A stretch of 64,000 nt of DNA from an uncultured Aquabacterium sp. (GTDB lineage Bacteria; Pseudomonadota; Gammaproteobacteria; Burkholderiales; Burkholderiaceae_C), in NCBI RefSeq assembly GCF_947366995.1, contig NZ_CANBCC010000008.1, forward strand, positions 10,189 to 74,188. Reading direction: 5' to 3'. Numbering within the stretch: position 1 is the first letter of the stretch; every line of letters begins with the position of its first letter. This document shows, one piece after another, positions 8,987 through 17,932 of this stretch. Under the pieces are notes generated by a model that searched no databases, had not been told where the DNA came from, and was given only the letters and a program-made list of their open reading frames with translations. The position numbers were made by a program, and so were the translations under genes.

Positions 8987-9247
8987 ACTCGACTTGCAGC
9001 GAGAACGTTCAGAGGAAATAGAAGTCCTGCTGGATCGCACCGCGACTGTCGAAGAAACCATGCGTGCCCACGAGGCGGTCGAGGCCATTCGCACTGCTGC
9101 GGATGGGTACCTCGCGACCACGCCTTACAGCTATCGCAGGGTCGGCGCGCGCCACCAGCGCGAAGAGGATTTCCAGTGACCGTGGCGCAGCCGGTTGCCG
9201 TCGACCTCTCTCAACCTCGCATGCTTGGGAAGGGCAGATCGGTGCGC

Positions 9248-10798
9248 TCACTTCAACCCCAACCGCTTCGCCAGCTTGTGCAGGTTGCTCGAATCCACCC
9301 CCAACTGACGCGCCGCCATGGCCCAGTTTCCATCGGTGTGCCGCAATGCCTGCCGGATGGCCTGGCGTTGAAGCTGATCGACCTGTTCGTGCAGGGTCAC
9401 CGGCTGGGGTGTGTCATGGTTATCGGCCGGACAGCGCACCGTCGGCTCATGCGATGAGCCGCCCACGAGGGTGTCGGAAGACAGATCCAGCAGGTCTACC
9501 GTGAGCGTCGCGATGTCGCTGCGGCTCACGCCACGGGTCAGCAGCTTGAGGGCCGCCCGGCCGATCACGTGCTCCAGCTCACGCACGTTGCCCGGCCAGG
9601 GGTAGGCCAGCAACGCGGCTTCTGCCGCGGCGTCCAGCCTCAGGCTGCGCAGGCCCAGCCGGGCCCGGTTCACTTCCAGGAAGTGGCCGGCCAGCAGCAG
9701 GATGTCGTCGCCGCGATCGCGCAGCGGGGGCACGTGCACCGGGTACACGGACAGCCGGTGATACAGGTCGGCCCGGAAGGTGCCTTCGGCGACGGCGTCG
9801 CGCAGCGCGCGGTTGGTGGCGGCCACGATGCGCACGTCCACCTTCACGGGCTTGTCGGCGCCCAGGCGCTGCACCTCGCCGTTCTGCAGCGTGCGCAGCA
9901 GCTTGGCCTGGATGGTGAGGGGCAGCTCGCCCACCTCGTCCAGGAACACGGTACCGCCTCGGGCCGCTTCGAAGCGCCCGGCACGGTCGGTGGTGGCGCC
10001 CGAGAAGGCACCGCGCACGTGGCCAAACAGCTCGCTTTCCGCGAGCGACTCGGGCAATGCCGCGCAGTTCACATGGACCATGGGCTTGCCCGCGCGCGGC
10101 GAGTGCTCGTGCACGCGGCTGGCAAACAGGTCCTTGCCGACACCCGTCTCGCCCATCAGCAGCACAGGCAGATCGGACTGGGCCACCACGTCGACCTCGT
10201 GCAGCACCCGCTGCAGCGCCGGGCTGTGGCCGATCAGGCCCAGCCACGGCCCGGCGCTGACCCCGCGCCCCACCGGGTCGGGTTCGGCCACGCGCGCCTG
10301 GCGCAAGGCCTGTACTTCCTGCTCGAGCTGGCTCATGCGCACTGCGGCCGCGACCCAGGGCAGGCACTGCTGCAGCGCCTCGCGGGCCACGGTGTCGAAC
10401 GTGCCGGGGCGCAGGGCGTCCAGCGTGAGCACGCCCCAGCGGTGGCCGTCGACCACAACGCTCGCGCCCATGCAGTCGTGCACCGGCAGCGGCTCGCCGG
10501 CCATGGCGTCGACCAGGCCGTCGTAGGGATCAGGCAGCGTGCTGGCGTGTTCGAAGTGCACCACGCCCCGTCCCAACAGGATGGCCGACAGGCGCGGGTG
10601 CTGCGCAATCACGAAGGCCCGGCCCATGGCATCGCGTGTCAGCCCATCGACGGCCACAGGGCGCAGCCGTTCGCCTTCTTCCTGCAGCAAGGCCACCGCA
10701 TGGCAGGCGAACTGCGCCTTCAGTTGCGACACCAGGCGCTGCAGCCGCACGGCGCGCGGCAGCGCCACGGCTAGGTCCGCCCACCCCAGCGTCGCCAT
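9248..10798 (-). CDS. norR: NO-responsive sigma54 activator NorR (GAF-AAA-HTH)
   Basis: GAF with VHDCMG, GETGVGKD, ESELFGH.RGAFSGA, YPWPGNVRELE, Fis-type HTH; divergent from ytfE. Confidence 0.9.
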   Translation of the reverse strand: MATLGWADLAVALPRAVRLQRLVSQLKAQFACHAVALLQEEGERLRPVAVDGLTRDAMGRAFVIAQHPRLSAILLGRGVVHFEHASTLPDPYDGLVDAMAGEPLPVHDCMGASVVVDGHRWGVLTLDALRPGTFDTVAREALQQCLPWVAAAVRMSQLEQEVQALRQARVAEPDPVGRGVSAGPWLGLIGHSPALQRVLHEVDVVAQSDLPVLLMGETGVGKDLFASRVHEHSPRAGKPMVHVNCAALPESLAESELFGHVRGAFSGATTDRAGRFEAARGGTVFLDEVGELPLTIQAKLLRTLQNGEVQRLGADKPVKVDVRIVAATNRALRDAVAEGTFRADLYHRLSVYPVHVPPLRDRGDDILLLAGHFLEVNRARLGLRSLRLDAAAEAALLAYPWPGNVRELEHVIGRAALKLLTRGVSRSDIATLTVDLLDLSSDTLVGGSSHEPTVRCPADNHDTPQPVTLHEQVDQLQRQAIRQALRHTDGNWAMAARQLGVDSSNLHKLAKRLGLK

Positions 10799-10802
10799 CG
10801 TG

Positions 10803-10858
10803 GTGATATTTACCCCATGCACGGTTTAAACGACCCTCACTTTAAGGGTTAATTCTAC
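10803..10858. promoter_or_regulatory. Three NorR enhancer sites (GT-N7-AC)
   Basis: GTGATATTTAC 10803-10813, GTTTAAACGAC 10824-10834, GTTAATTCTAC 10848-10858. Confidence 0.8.
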
Positions 10859-10870
10859 CCGCCACCACGG

Positions 10871-10883
10871 TAATTGCTTGATT
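10871..10883 (-). promoter_or_regulatory. IHF site
   Basis: Reverse complement AATCAA-GCAA-TTA matches WATCAANNNNTTR, between the enhancers and the sigma54 promoter. Confidence 0.75.
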
Positions 10884-10900
10884 TTCAAGGACCGGCGCCC

Positions 10901-10915
10901 TGGCGCGCAGCTTGC
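10901..10915 (+). promoter_or_regulatory. sigma54 (-24/-12) promoter of ytfE
   Basis: TGGCGCGCAGCTTGC, GG-N10-GC. Confidence 0.8.
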
Positions 10916-10952
10916 GCTATGGGAGGCATCTCACACGAAGGAGCCCTTCACC

Positions 10953-11606
10953 ATGAACCACGCCGACGAATCTCTGGGCTTGCTGGCCCGCACCATCCCG
11001 GGCGCCACCAAGGTGTTCCACGAATACCACCTCGACTTCTGCTGCGGCGGCAAGCAGACGCTGCAGCAGGCGGCCGACAAGGCCGGCATCGACGCTGCCC
11101 GCATCGTCGCGCAACTGGCCCGGCTGCAACCGCAGGCCGATGGCGCGGTCGACTGGACGGATGCCCCCACCCCGGCGCTGATCGAACACATCCTCGAGCG
11201 CTTCCATGCGCGGCACCGTGAGCAGCTGCCCGAGCTCATCCGCCTGGCCCGCCGCGTGGAATCCGTGCACGGCGACCGCCCCGAGTGCCCGCTCGGCCTG
11301 GCCGACCACCTCGAAAACATGCTGCAGGAGTTGGAGAGCCACATGCAGAAGGAAGAGATGGTGCTGTTCCCGATGCTGCAGCGCGGACAGCCCGGCGTGG
11401 CCGCCATGCCCATCCAGGTGATGCGCCATGAGCATGACCATCACGGTGGCGAGCTGGCCAAGCTGGAAGCGCTCACCCACGGCATCACCCTGCCTCGTGG
11501 CGCCTGCAACACCTGGCGTGCGCTGTACCTGGGCCTGCAGACGCTGCGCGAGGACCTGATGGAGCACATCCACCTCGAGAACAACGTGCTGTTCGAGCGC
11601 GGATGA
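10953..11606 (+). CDS. ytfE: Iron-sulfur cluster repair di-iron protein (YtfE/NorA/RIC)
   Basis: LDFCCGG, FHARHREQLPELI.LA.RVE.VH, HMQKEE..LFP, HIHLENNVLF; AAGGAG SD. Confidence 0.93.
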   Translation: MNHADESLGLLARTIPGATKVFHEYHLDFCCGGKQTLQQAADKAGIDAARIVAQLARLQPQADGAVDWTDAPTPALIEHILERFHARHREQLPELIRLARRVESVHGDRPECPLGLADHLENMLQELESHMQKEEMVLFPMLQRGQPGVAAMPIQVMRHEHDHHGGELAKLEALTHGITLPRGACNTWRALYLGLQTLREDLMEHIHLENNVLFERG

Positions 11607-11771
11607 AACACCGCTGAAACGGTGCGCCCAAGGGCGGTGGGGCCATCGCGGCAAGGCAATCCGTGACGCATGACGCGGCGGTTTTCCGGATCTCGCGATT
11701 GCCCTGCCTTATCCACCGACCGGTCGATGCACGTGCTTGCCATAGTGTTGGCGGCACAGCGCCATCGCACC

Positions 11772-14489
11772 GTGAAACTCTATTCCTCCCTCAGCATCCA
11801 GGGCCGGGTCACCCTCTGGGCCACCATCATCGTCCTCTTCGGGGTGGCGGTGCTGTCTGCGGCCGGCATCTCCGTCCTGCGGACCGACCTGCGGCAGGCC
11901 GCCTTCGCGGCACAAGGGGCGCTGGTCCACAGCGTTGCGGAAGACATCGATGAGAAGCTGCTGCTGCGCAAGCAGGCAGTGGCCACGGTCGCCCAGACCA
12001 TCAATGCCGAACTGCTGAACGAACCCCTCGCCCTGAGGGCCGACTTCTCGCACCGAAAGCTTTTCCAGAGCCTGTTCGACATCGTCGTGATCACCGATGC
12101 CAAAGGCCATGTGATCACCGAATGGCCGGTGCGTCCGAACGAAGGCGTGATCTCCATCGCAGACCGGGCCTACTTTCAGAAGGCCATGCGCACGGGCGAG
12201 GTTGTCATCTCGGAACCCCTCGCCAACAAGATGACGGGGGAGCCGACCCTGGTGTTTGCCGCCCCGATTCGCGACGCGCACGGCAGAGTCGCAGGCGCCC
12301 TGCTGGGCAGCCTCATCCTGACCCGCGACAACTTCCTGGCATCGCTGCGCGAAACCCGCGTCGGCCAGGGCGGCTATTTCTACCTGGCCTCGAAAGGCGA
12401 AGACGCCCGGCTCGTGCTCCACCACGATGTGAAGCGCATCATGACGCCGGTGCCACCGGCTCACGTGAGCAAGCCCCTGCATGCCGCGCTCGCAGGGTTT
12501 GAAGGCACGATCGAAGGGGTCAACAGCCGCGGCTTGAAGGCGCTGTACACGTTCAAGTCGCTGGAATCCGTGCCCTGGGTGCTGTGTGCGGCCTACCCCA
12601 CAGCCGAGGCCTATGCGCCGATCGAATCCCGGTCTGACCAGCTCGTCATCGGCGCCGTGGTGTTCGCGGTGCTGGGCGGCTTGCTGATGGGCGCGGTGAC
12701 GCGACGGCAATTGCGCCCACTGGTGCATCTGAAACGAGAGCTTCAGGCCGCCACCCACGGCAACGACAAGGCGCTGCCCTTGCAATCGGGCCCGAAGGAC
12801 CTGCGGGAACTGGCCGAGGCCTACAACGCCGTGCGTGCACACAAGAACCAGGCCGAGTCGGCGCAACTGGAGATCCAGCGCCGCCTTCGCGCCGTGCTGG
12901 AGCACGCAGGCGACGCCTTCGTCAGCATCGATGCGGGCGGCGCCATCACAGAATGGAACAAGGAGGCCGAGGAGACCTTCGGCTGGCCTCGCGCCCATGT
13001 GCTGGGCCTGCGGCTGGATCAGGTGCTGATCCCTGCGGAGCACCGCGAGGCGCACAACCGGGGGTTCGCGCGCTTTCTGGGATCCGGGATGGGTCCGGTC
13101 ATCGGCCAGCGCATCGAGGTGATGGCCCTTCATCGGACGGGACGGCTCATCCCGGTGGAGCTCTCGGTGTCGGCGCTGAAAGAGGGCGGGCAGTGGATCG
13201 CCCATGCCTTCCTGCGCGACATCTCGGAGCGCAAGGCCTCGGAGGAAAAGCTGGCCGCCAGCGAACGCCATCTGCGGGACATCATGAACAACATGCCCGC
13301 CGAGATCGCCGTGATGGACCGGCAAGGTCGCTTCGTGAGCGTCAACACGCACCGCGCCCGCACGCTGCGCCTGCCGGAACGCGCGCTGCTCGGGGCCTTT
13401 GCGCGCGACTTCCTCGACGAAGCGGAACGCAACGTGATCGAGCCACGATTCAGGCAGGCGCTCGAGGGGGTCGCCGTCCAGTTCGAGACGACACACGAGC
13501 GAGGTGGCAAGCACCACCAGCTGCACTACTTCATTCCAGACCGGGGCCCGGCAGGCGAGGTCTGCGGCGTCTATGAGATGACGCTTGACATCACCGACCG
13601 CAAGGAGGCCGAGCAACTGCTGGCCACCAACCAGGCGCAGCTGCGGGCCATCACCAACAACCTCCCGGTGTTGATCGCCTACATCGACACGGAAGGGGTC
13701 TACCGCTTCTGCAACGCGACCTTCGAGCAGTGGTTCGATCGACCCGTGACCGACATCGTGAACCGGCCACTCGAGGCCCTTCTGGCCGACGAGTCGTGGA
13801 GCCGCAAGCTGAAGTCGGCGCTCCGTGGCGAGCGGGTCGAGTTCACCACGCAATTGCATCATGGTGACGCTCATCGCCATGTGATGGCGCTCTACATCCC
13901 GGATCTGGGTGCATCGGGCGAGGTACACGGCGTGCACGCGCTGACCTTTGACATCACGCAATCCAAGGTCTACGAACAGCAACTGCTTGAACTGGCGCGC
14001 CACGACAGCCTGACCGGCCTGCCCAACCGCCGCTACTTCGAAGAGAAGCTGGATGAGGCCATGGCACGGGCCCGCCGGTCCGGCCGGGCCATGGCCCTGC
14101 TGTACCTGGACCTTGACCGCTTCAAGCACATCAACGACACGCGAGGCCACGGGGTGGGCGACGACCTGCTCAAGGGGTTTGCCCAGCGGCTGGTGGGTGC
14201 GGTCAGGGCCACCGATGCGGTGTGCCGCCTGGCAGGTGACGAGTTCACCGTGATCCTTGAAGGCCTGCATCAGGCCGAGGAAGCCACACTGGTGGCTGAC
14301 AAGATCGAACGCGCCATGGACGAGCCGATCGCGGTGCAGGACGGCGTGGTGCAGACCTCCACCAGCATTGGCGTGGCGGTGTTCGAGGGCGGTGCGGGCA
14401 CCGGGTCCGCCTTGCTGGACAAGGCCGATCAGGCGCTCTACACCGCCAAGCGCGCGGGTCGGGCCACGTTCCACGTGACCACCTTCTGA
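11772..14489 (+). CDS. Membrane sensor diguanylate cyclase (TM-dCache-TM-PAS x3-GGDEF); start uncertain (11727 or 11772)
   Basis: Two TM segments, DR.YF Cache motif, PAS repeats, HDSLTGLPNRR, DLDRFK.INDT.GH..GD, RATD I-site, AGDEF. Confidence 0.88.
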   Translation: MKLYSSLSIQGRVTLWATIIVLFGVAVLSAAGISVLRTDLRQAAFAAQGALVHSVAEDIDEKLLLRKQAVATVAQTINAELLNEPLALRADFSHRKLFQSLFDIVVITDAKGHVITEWPVRPNEGVISIADRAYFQKAMRTGEVVISEPLANKMTGEPTLVFAAPIRDAHGRVAGALLGSLILTRDNFLASLRETRVGQGGYFYLASKGEDARLVLHHDVKRIMTPVPPAHVSKPLHAALAGFEGTIEGVNSRGLKALYTFKSLESVPWVLCAAYPTAEAYAPIESRSDQLVIGAVVFAVLGGLLMGAVTRRQLRPLVHLKRELQAATHGNDKALPLQSGPKDLRELAEAYNAVRAHKNQAESAQLEIQRRLRAVLEHAGDAFVSIDAGGAITEWNKEAEETFGWPRAHVLGLRLDQVLIPAEHREAHNRGFARFLGSGMGPVIGQRIEVMALHRTGRLIPVELSVSALKEGGQWIAHAFLRDISERKASEEKLAASERHLRDIMNNMPAEIAVMDRQGRFVSVNTHRARTLRLPERALLGAFARDFLDEAERNVIEPRFRQALEGVAVQFETTHERGGKHHQLHYFIPDRGPAGEVCGVYEMTLDITDRKEAEQLLATNQAQLRAITNNLPVLIAYIDTEGVYRFCNATFEQWFDRPVTDIVNRPLEALLADESWSRKLKSALRGERVEFTTQLHHGDAHRHVMALYIPDLGASGEVHGVHALTFDITQSKVYEQQLLELARHDSLTGLPNRRYFEEKLDEAMARARRSGRAMALLYLDLDRFKHINDTRGHGVGDDLLKGFAQRLVGAVRATDAVCRLAGDEFTVILEGLHQAEEATLVADKIERAMDEPIAVQDGVVQTSTSIGVAVFEGGAGTGSALLDKADQALYTAKRAGRATFHVTTF

Positions 14490-14729
14490 CGCGCGGGCTG
14501 CGATGCCGCCGACATGGCTCATGCAACGAGCCAGTGGCGGAGAAGATTTACCGGTCAAACCTGCCTGAAGGAAGACCGTCCCTGGCACGCGTCTCCCTCT
14601 TCCTCTGGCGCGGTGCCCCGGACTGCCAGGGAACACCGCTTGCTCTGCTTGGCCACCCCGGCGCCCCACCGCCGGCCACCTGTCCGCAAGGACAGGGCCT
14701 CACAAACCAGGCACAACAAGGGGGTTTCC

Positions 14730-14840
14730 ATGCACGGCCCGCTCAAGATCGTGAGCTACGTCATCGTGCTGCTGATGGCCCTGGCGGTCATCTACGCGGT
14801 CTACATCTCGGCCACCTACTGGGCCGGCATCGGCGTCTGA
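14730..14840 (+). CDS. 36-aa single-TM small protein upstream of norC
   Basis: MHGPLKIVSYVIVLLMALAVIYAVYISATYWAGIGV; AAGGGG SD, GC3-rich codons, 13 nt before norC. Confidence 0.7.
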   Translation: MHGPLKIVSYVIVLLMALAVIYAVYISATYWAGIGV

Positions 14841-14853
14841 CGAGGAAGACGCC

Positions 14854-15726
14854 ATGAACAAGAAGCAATCCCGCACCTTTGCCATCGCCTGCACGGCGGT
14901 GGCCACCGTGGTCTTCCTCGGGCTGACCATCGACAGCCATCGGCAGTTTCCCAAGCTGACCAACGCCGACCAGCTCACACCCCAGGTGATTGCCGGCAAG
15001 GACGTCTGGCACAAGTTCAACTGCGTGAACTGCCACACGCTGTTTGGCGAAGGCGCCTACTACGCACCTGACCTCACCAAGATCGCCAAGCTGCGCGGCG
15101 ACGCCTACCTGCAGGCCTACATGCGCAACCCGGCGCAGTTCTACGACGAGCAGCGCCACCGTCGCCTGATGCCCAAGCAGGATCTGAGCGACGAGGAGAT
15201 CCGCAACCTCGTGAGCTTTCTGACCTGGGTGAGCAACGTCGACAACCAGGGCTGGCCACCCCGGCCGATCCTGGTGACGGGCGCCACCTTCCCGGGCACC
15301 GACATGACCGCACGGCAGCAGGCCGAAACTTCCGGTGAGAAGACGGACGGCAGCGCCGTGCCACCGGGCGCGCGGCCGCTGTCGGGCAACGAAAACCCGA
15401 TTGCGCTGGGCGAGCGCGTCTTCCGCGCGGCCACGCCCGCCTGTGCCGCCTGCCATTCGCTGGCCCCGGGCGTGAACATGGCCGGGCCCTCGCTGTCCGG
15501 CGTGGGCAGCCGTGCCGCGCAATTGATCGGCTCGTCGGATTACAAGGGCAAGGCCAAGGATGTGGCCGGCTACCTCCGCGAGGCAGTGCAGAGCCCGAGC
15601 GCGCATGTGGTGCCCGGCGCCATGTACTCGGCCAACGGCGTGTCCTTCATGCCCGACACCTACAGCAAGAGCCTGACGCCCGAGCAGCTAGACCAGCTCG
15701 TCGCCTACCTCTCATCGCTCCGTTAA
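14854..15726 (+). CDS. norC: NorC-like cytochrome c subunit with a second heme c domain
   Basis: N-terminal TM, CVNCH...GEGAYYAPDL...LMP, then CAACH...FMP. Confidence 0.85.
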   Translation: MNKKQSRTFAIACTAVATVVFLGLTIDSHRQFPKLTNADQLTPQVIAGKDVWHKFNCVNCHTLFGEGAYYAPDLTKIAKLRGDAYLQAYMRNPAQFYDEQRHRRLMPKQDLSDEEIRNLVSFLTWVSNVDNQGWPPRPILVTGATFPGTDMTARQQAETSGEKTDGSAVPPGARPLSGNENPIALGERVFRAATPACAACHSLAPGVNMAGPSLSGVGSRAAQLIGSSDYKGKAKDVAGYLREAVQSPSAHVVPGAMYSANGVSFMPDTYSKSLTPEQLDQLVAYLSSLR

Positions 15727-15741
15727 CCCGCGAGGTCCCGC

Positions 15742-17121
15742 ATGCGATACCACTCTCAATCGGTCGCCTACTGGTACTTCGCCGTGGCGATGGCGCTCTT
15801 CGGCCTGCAGATCGTCTTCGGCCTGCTGTCTGCGGCCAAGTACCTCGGGCCCGACCCGCTGCTTTACATCCTGCCGTTCGACGTGACCAAGGTGATCCAC
15901 ACCAACCTGCTGGTTGTGTGGGTGCTCACGGGCTTCATGGGCGCCACCTACTGGATGGTGCCCGACGAGTCGCGCACCGAACTGCACAGCGTGAAGCTGG
16001 CCTACATCCAGCTAGGCTTGTGGGTGCTGATGGGCGTCACGGCCGTCATCGGCTACCTCTTCCGCTATGGCACCGGCAACAAGCTGCTGGAGCAACCGCT
16101 GCCCCACAAGATCGTCATCGTGGTGGTGATGCTCATGTTCCTCTACAACGTCGTGATGACGATCCGCAAGTCGGGCCGCTTCACGACCACCGAGGGGGTG
16201 CTGTTGCTGGGGATTGCCGGCGCGGCGGTGCTGTACCTGCCCGCGCTGATCGAGCATGACAACTACGTGGTCTCCATCTTCTACCGCTGGTGGACCATCC
16301 ACCTGTGGGTGGAAGGCGTGTGGGAGATGATCCAGGGCGGCTTCCTGGCCTACCTGCTGATCCGGCTCTCGGGCGCCGACCGCGAGGTGCTCGAGAAGTG
16401 GCTGTACGTGATCGTCGGGCTGGTGTTCATTGCCGGCATCCTGGGCACGGCGCACCATTACTACTGGGTGGGCGTGCCCAGCTACTGGCTGCCCATCGGG
16501 GGCATCTTCAGCGCGCTGGAGCCCGCGGCCCTGGTCGGCATGGCGATCTACGCCTACTCGGCCATGCGCCGTTCGGGCCTGGCCCACCCCAACACGCTGG
16601 CCCTGCACTGGACGCTGGGCAGCGCCATCTTCACGCTGTTCGGCGCGGGGCTGCTCGGCCTGGCGCACACCTGGCCCAGCGTCAACAAGTGGACGCACGG
16701 CACGCTGATCACGGCCATGCACGGCCACGCGGCCTTCTATGGGGCTTACGCGATGATTGTGCTGGCCATGATCACGTATGCCCTGCCGGTGATCTCGCCT
16801 GCGCGGCGTGAACAGGGCACGGCCATGGGCTACTGGGCGTTCTGGCTGCAACTGGTCGGCATGTTCGGCATGACACTGTCGTTCGCGACCGCGGGCATCG
16901 GACAGGTCTATCTGGAACGCATCATGGGCCTCGGCTACCTCGACGCCCAGCTCAAGATCCAGGTGCACTTCCTGATGCTGATCGGCACGGCCAGCCTGTT
17001 CGCGTTGGGGGTCGCGCTCTTCATCATCGACTTCTTCCGGTATGCGCCGCGCTTCGAGGTGGTGAAGGACGCCGATGAACGCATTCCCACTCCAGCGCCC
17101 GTCCGCCCGGTGCGGGTCTGA
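15742..17121 (+). CDS. norB: Nitric oxide reductase large subunit (cNOR type)
   Basis: IHTN, HLWVEGVWE, GTAHHYYW, ALEP and HGHAAFYG ligands all present. Confidence 0.9.
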   Translation: MRYHSQSVAYWYFAVAMALFGLQIVFGLLSAAKYLGPDPLLYILPFDVTKVIHTNLLVVWVLTGFMGATYWMVPDESRTELHSVKLAYIQLGLWVLMGVTAVIGYLFRYGTGNKLLEQPLPHKIVIVVVMLMFLYNVVMTIRKSGRFTTTEGVLLLGIAGAAVLYLPALIEHDNYVVSIFYRWWTIHLWVEGVWEMIQGGFLAYLLIRLSGADREVLEKWLYVIVGLVFIAGILGTAHHYYWVGVPSYWLPIGGIFSALEPAALVGMAIYAYSAMRRSGLAHPNTLALHWTLGSAIFTLFGAGLLGLAHTWPSVNKWTHGTLITAMHGHAAFYGAYAMIVLAMITYALPVISPARREQGTAMGYWAFWLQLVGMFGMTLSFATAGIGQVYLERIMGLGYLDAQLKIQVHFLMLIGTASLFALGVALFIIDFFRYAPRFEVVKDADERIPTPAPVRPVRV

Positions 17122-17124
17122 CCC

Positions 17125-17928
17125 GTGATGACTGGAGACGCCCAAGCCACCGGCCAGGCACCCTTCTACATGGCCTCGGGCGCCGAGGTCGAGATCTTCA
17201 CGCAGTGCCATCAGCGCCACCTTGCCGTGATGCTCAAGGGGCCGACCGGCTGCGGCAAGACCCGCTTCGTGGAGCACATGGCCTGGCGGCTGGGCCGCCC
17301 GTTGATCACGGTGTCCTGCCATGACGACCTGACCGCCAGCGACCTCATCGGCCGCTTCCACATCCGGCACGACGGCACGCAGTGGCAGGACGGGCCCTTG
17401 ACGCGGGCCGTTCGGGAAGGCGCCATCTGCTATCTGGACGAGGTGGTGGAAGCCCGGCAGGACACGGTAGTGCTGGTGCACCCGCTGACCGACTATCGCC
17501 GCATGCTGCCTGTCGACAAGACGGGCGAGTTGCTCGAAGCGGCGCCCGGCTTCCAGCTGGTTGTCTCGTACAACCCGGGCTACCAGCGCATGCTGAAGGA
17601 ACTCAAGCCCAGCACGCGCCAGCGTTTCGTGGCGCTCGACTTTAGCTTCCCGTCGCCCGAGCAGGAAGCCCGCGTGGTGGCGCATGAAAGCGGCATTGAC
17701 GCGGGCATGGCCCACGGCCTGGTGGCCCTCGGCGGCCGCCTGCGCACGCTGCAGGACCAGGGTCTGGCCGAGGTGCCAAGCACCCGCTTGCTTGTCCATG
17801 CCGGGCGCCTGATGGCCGGCGGCATCGAGGCCCGGCAGGCCTGCCATACCGCGATCGTTGCGCCACTCTCGGACGACCCGACGCTGGTGTCGGCCATGCG
17901 CGACCTGGTGGACGCCACGTTCGTGTGA
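17125..17928 (+). CDS. norQ: CbbQ/NirQ/NorQ AAA+ ATPase
   Basis: GPTGCGKTRFVE, CYLDEVVEARQD, SYNPGYQ, LKPST.QRF. Confidence 0.93.
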   Translation: MMTGDAQATGQAPFYMASGAEVEIFTQCHQRHLAVMLKGPTGCGKTRFVEHMAWRLGRPLITVSCHDDLTASDLIGRFHIRHDGTQWQDGPLTRAVREGAICYLDEVVEARQDTVVLVHPLTDYRRMLPVDKTGELLEAAPGFQLVVSYNPGYQRMLKELKPSTRQRFVALDFSFPSPEQEARVVAHESGIDAGMAHGLVALGGRLRTLQDQGLAEVPSTRLLVHAGRLMAGGIEARQACHTAIVAPLSDDPTLVSAMRDLVDATFV

Positions 17929-17932
17929 CGCC

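Noticed and set aside
14583-14598. sigma54 promoter for the nor operon (TGGCACG)
   Set aside because: The -24 element is good but the -12 position reads CC instead of GC, and no GT-N7-AC sites are nearby.
11709-14669. Very long antisense or alternate-frame ORFs (for example 11709-14669 -, 21746-24445 -, 28000-30096 -, 49936-51999 -, 16012-17934 -)
   Set aside because: They are shadows of well-supported genes in high-GC DNA, with Arg/Ala/Gly-rich composition and no motifs.
15742-17121. NorB as a nitric oxide dismutase (Nod)
   Set aside because: All His ligands and the HLWVEGxxE glutamates are retained, and norC, norQ and norD are present.
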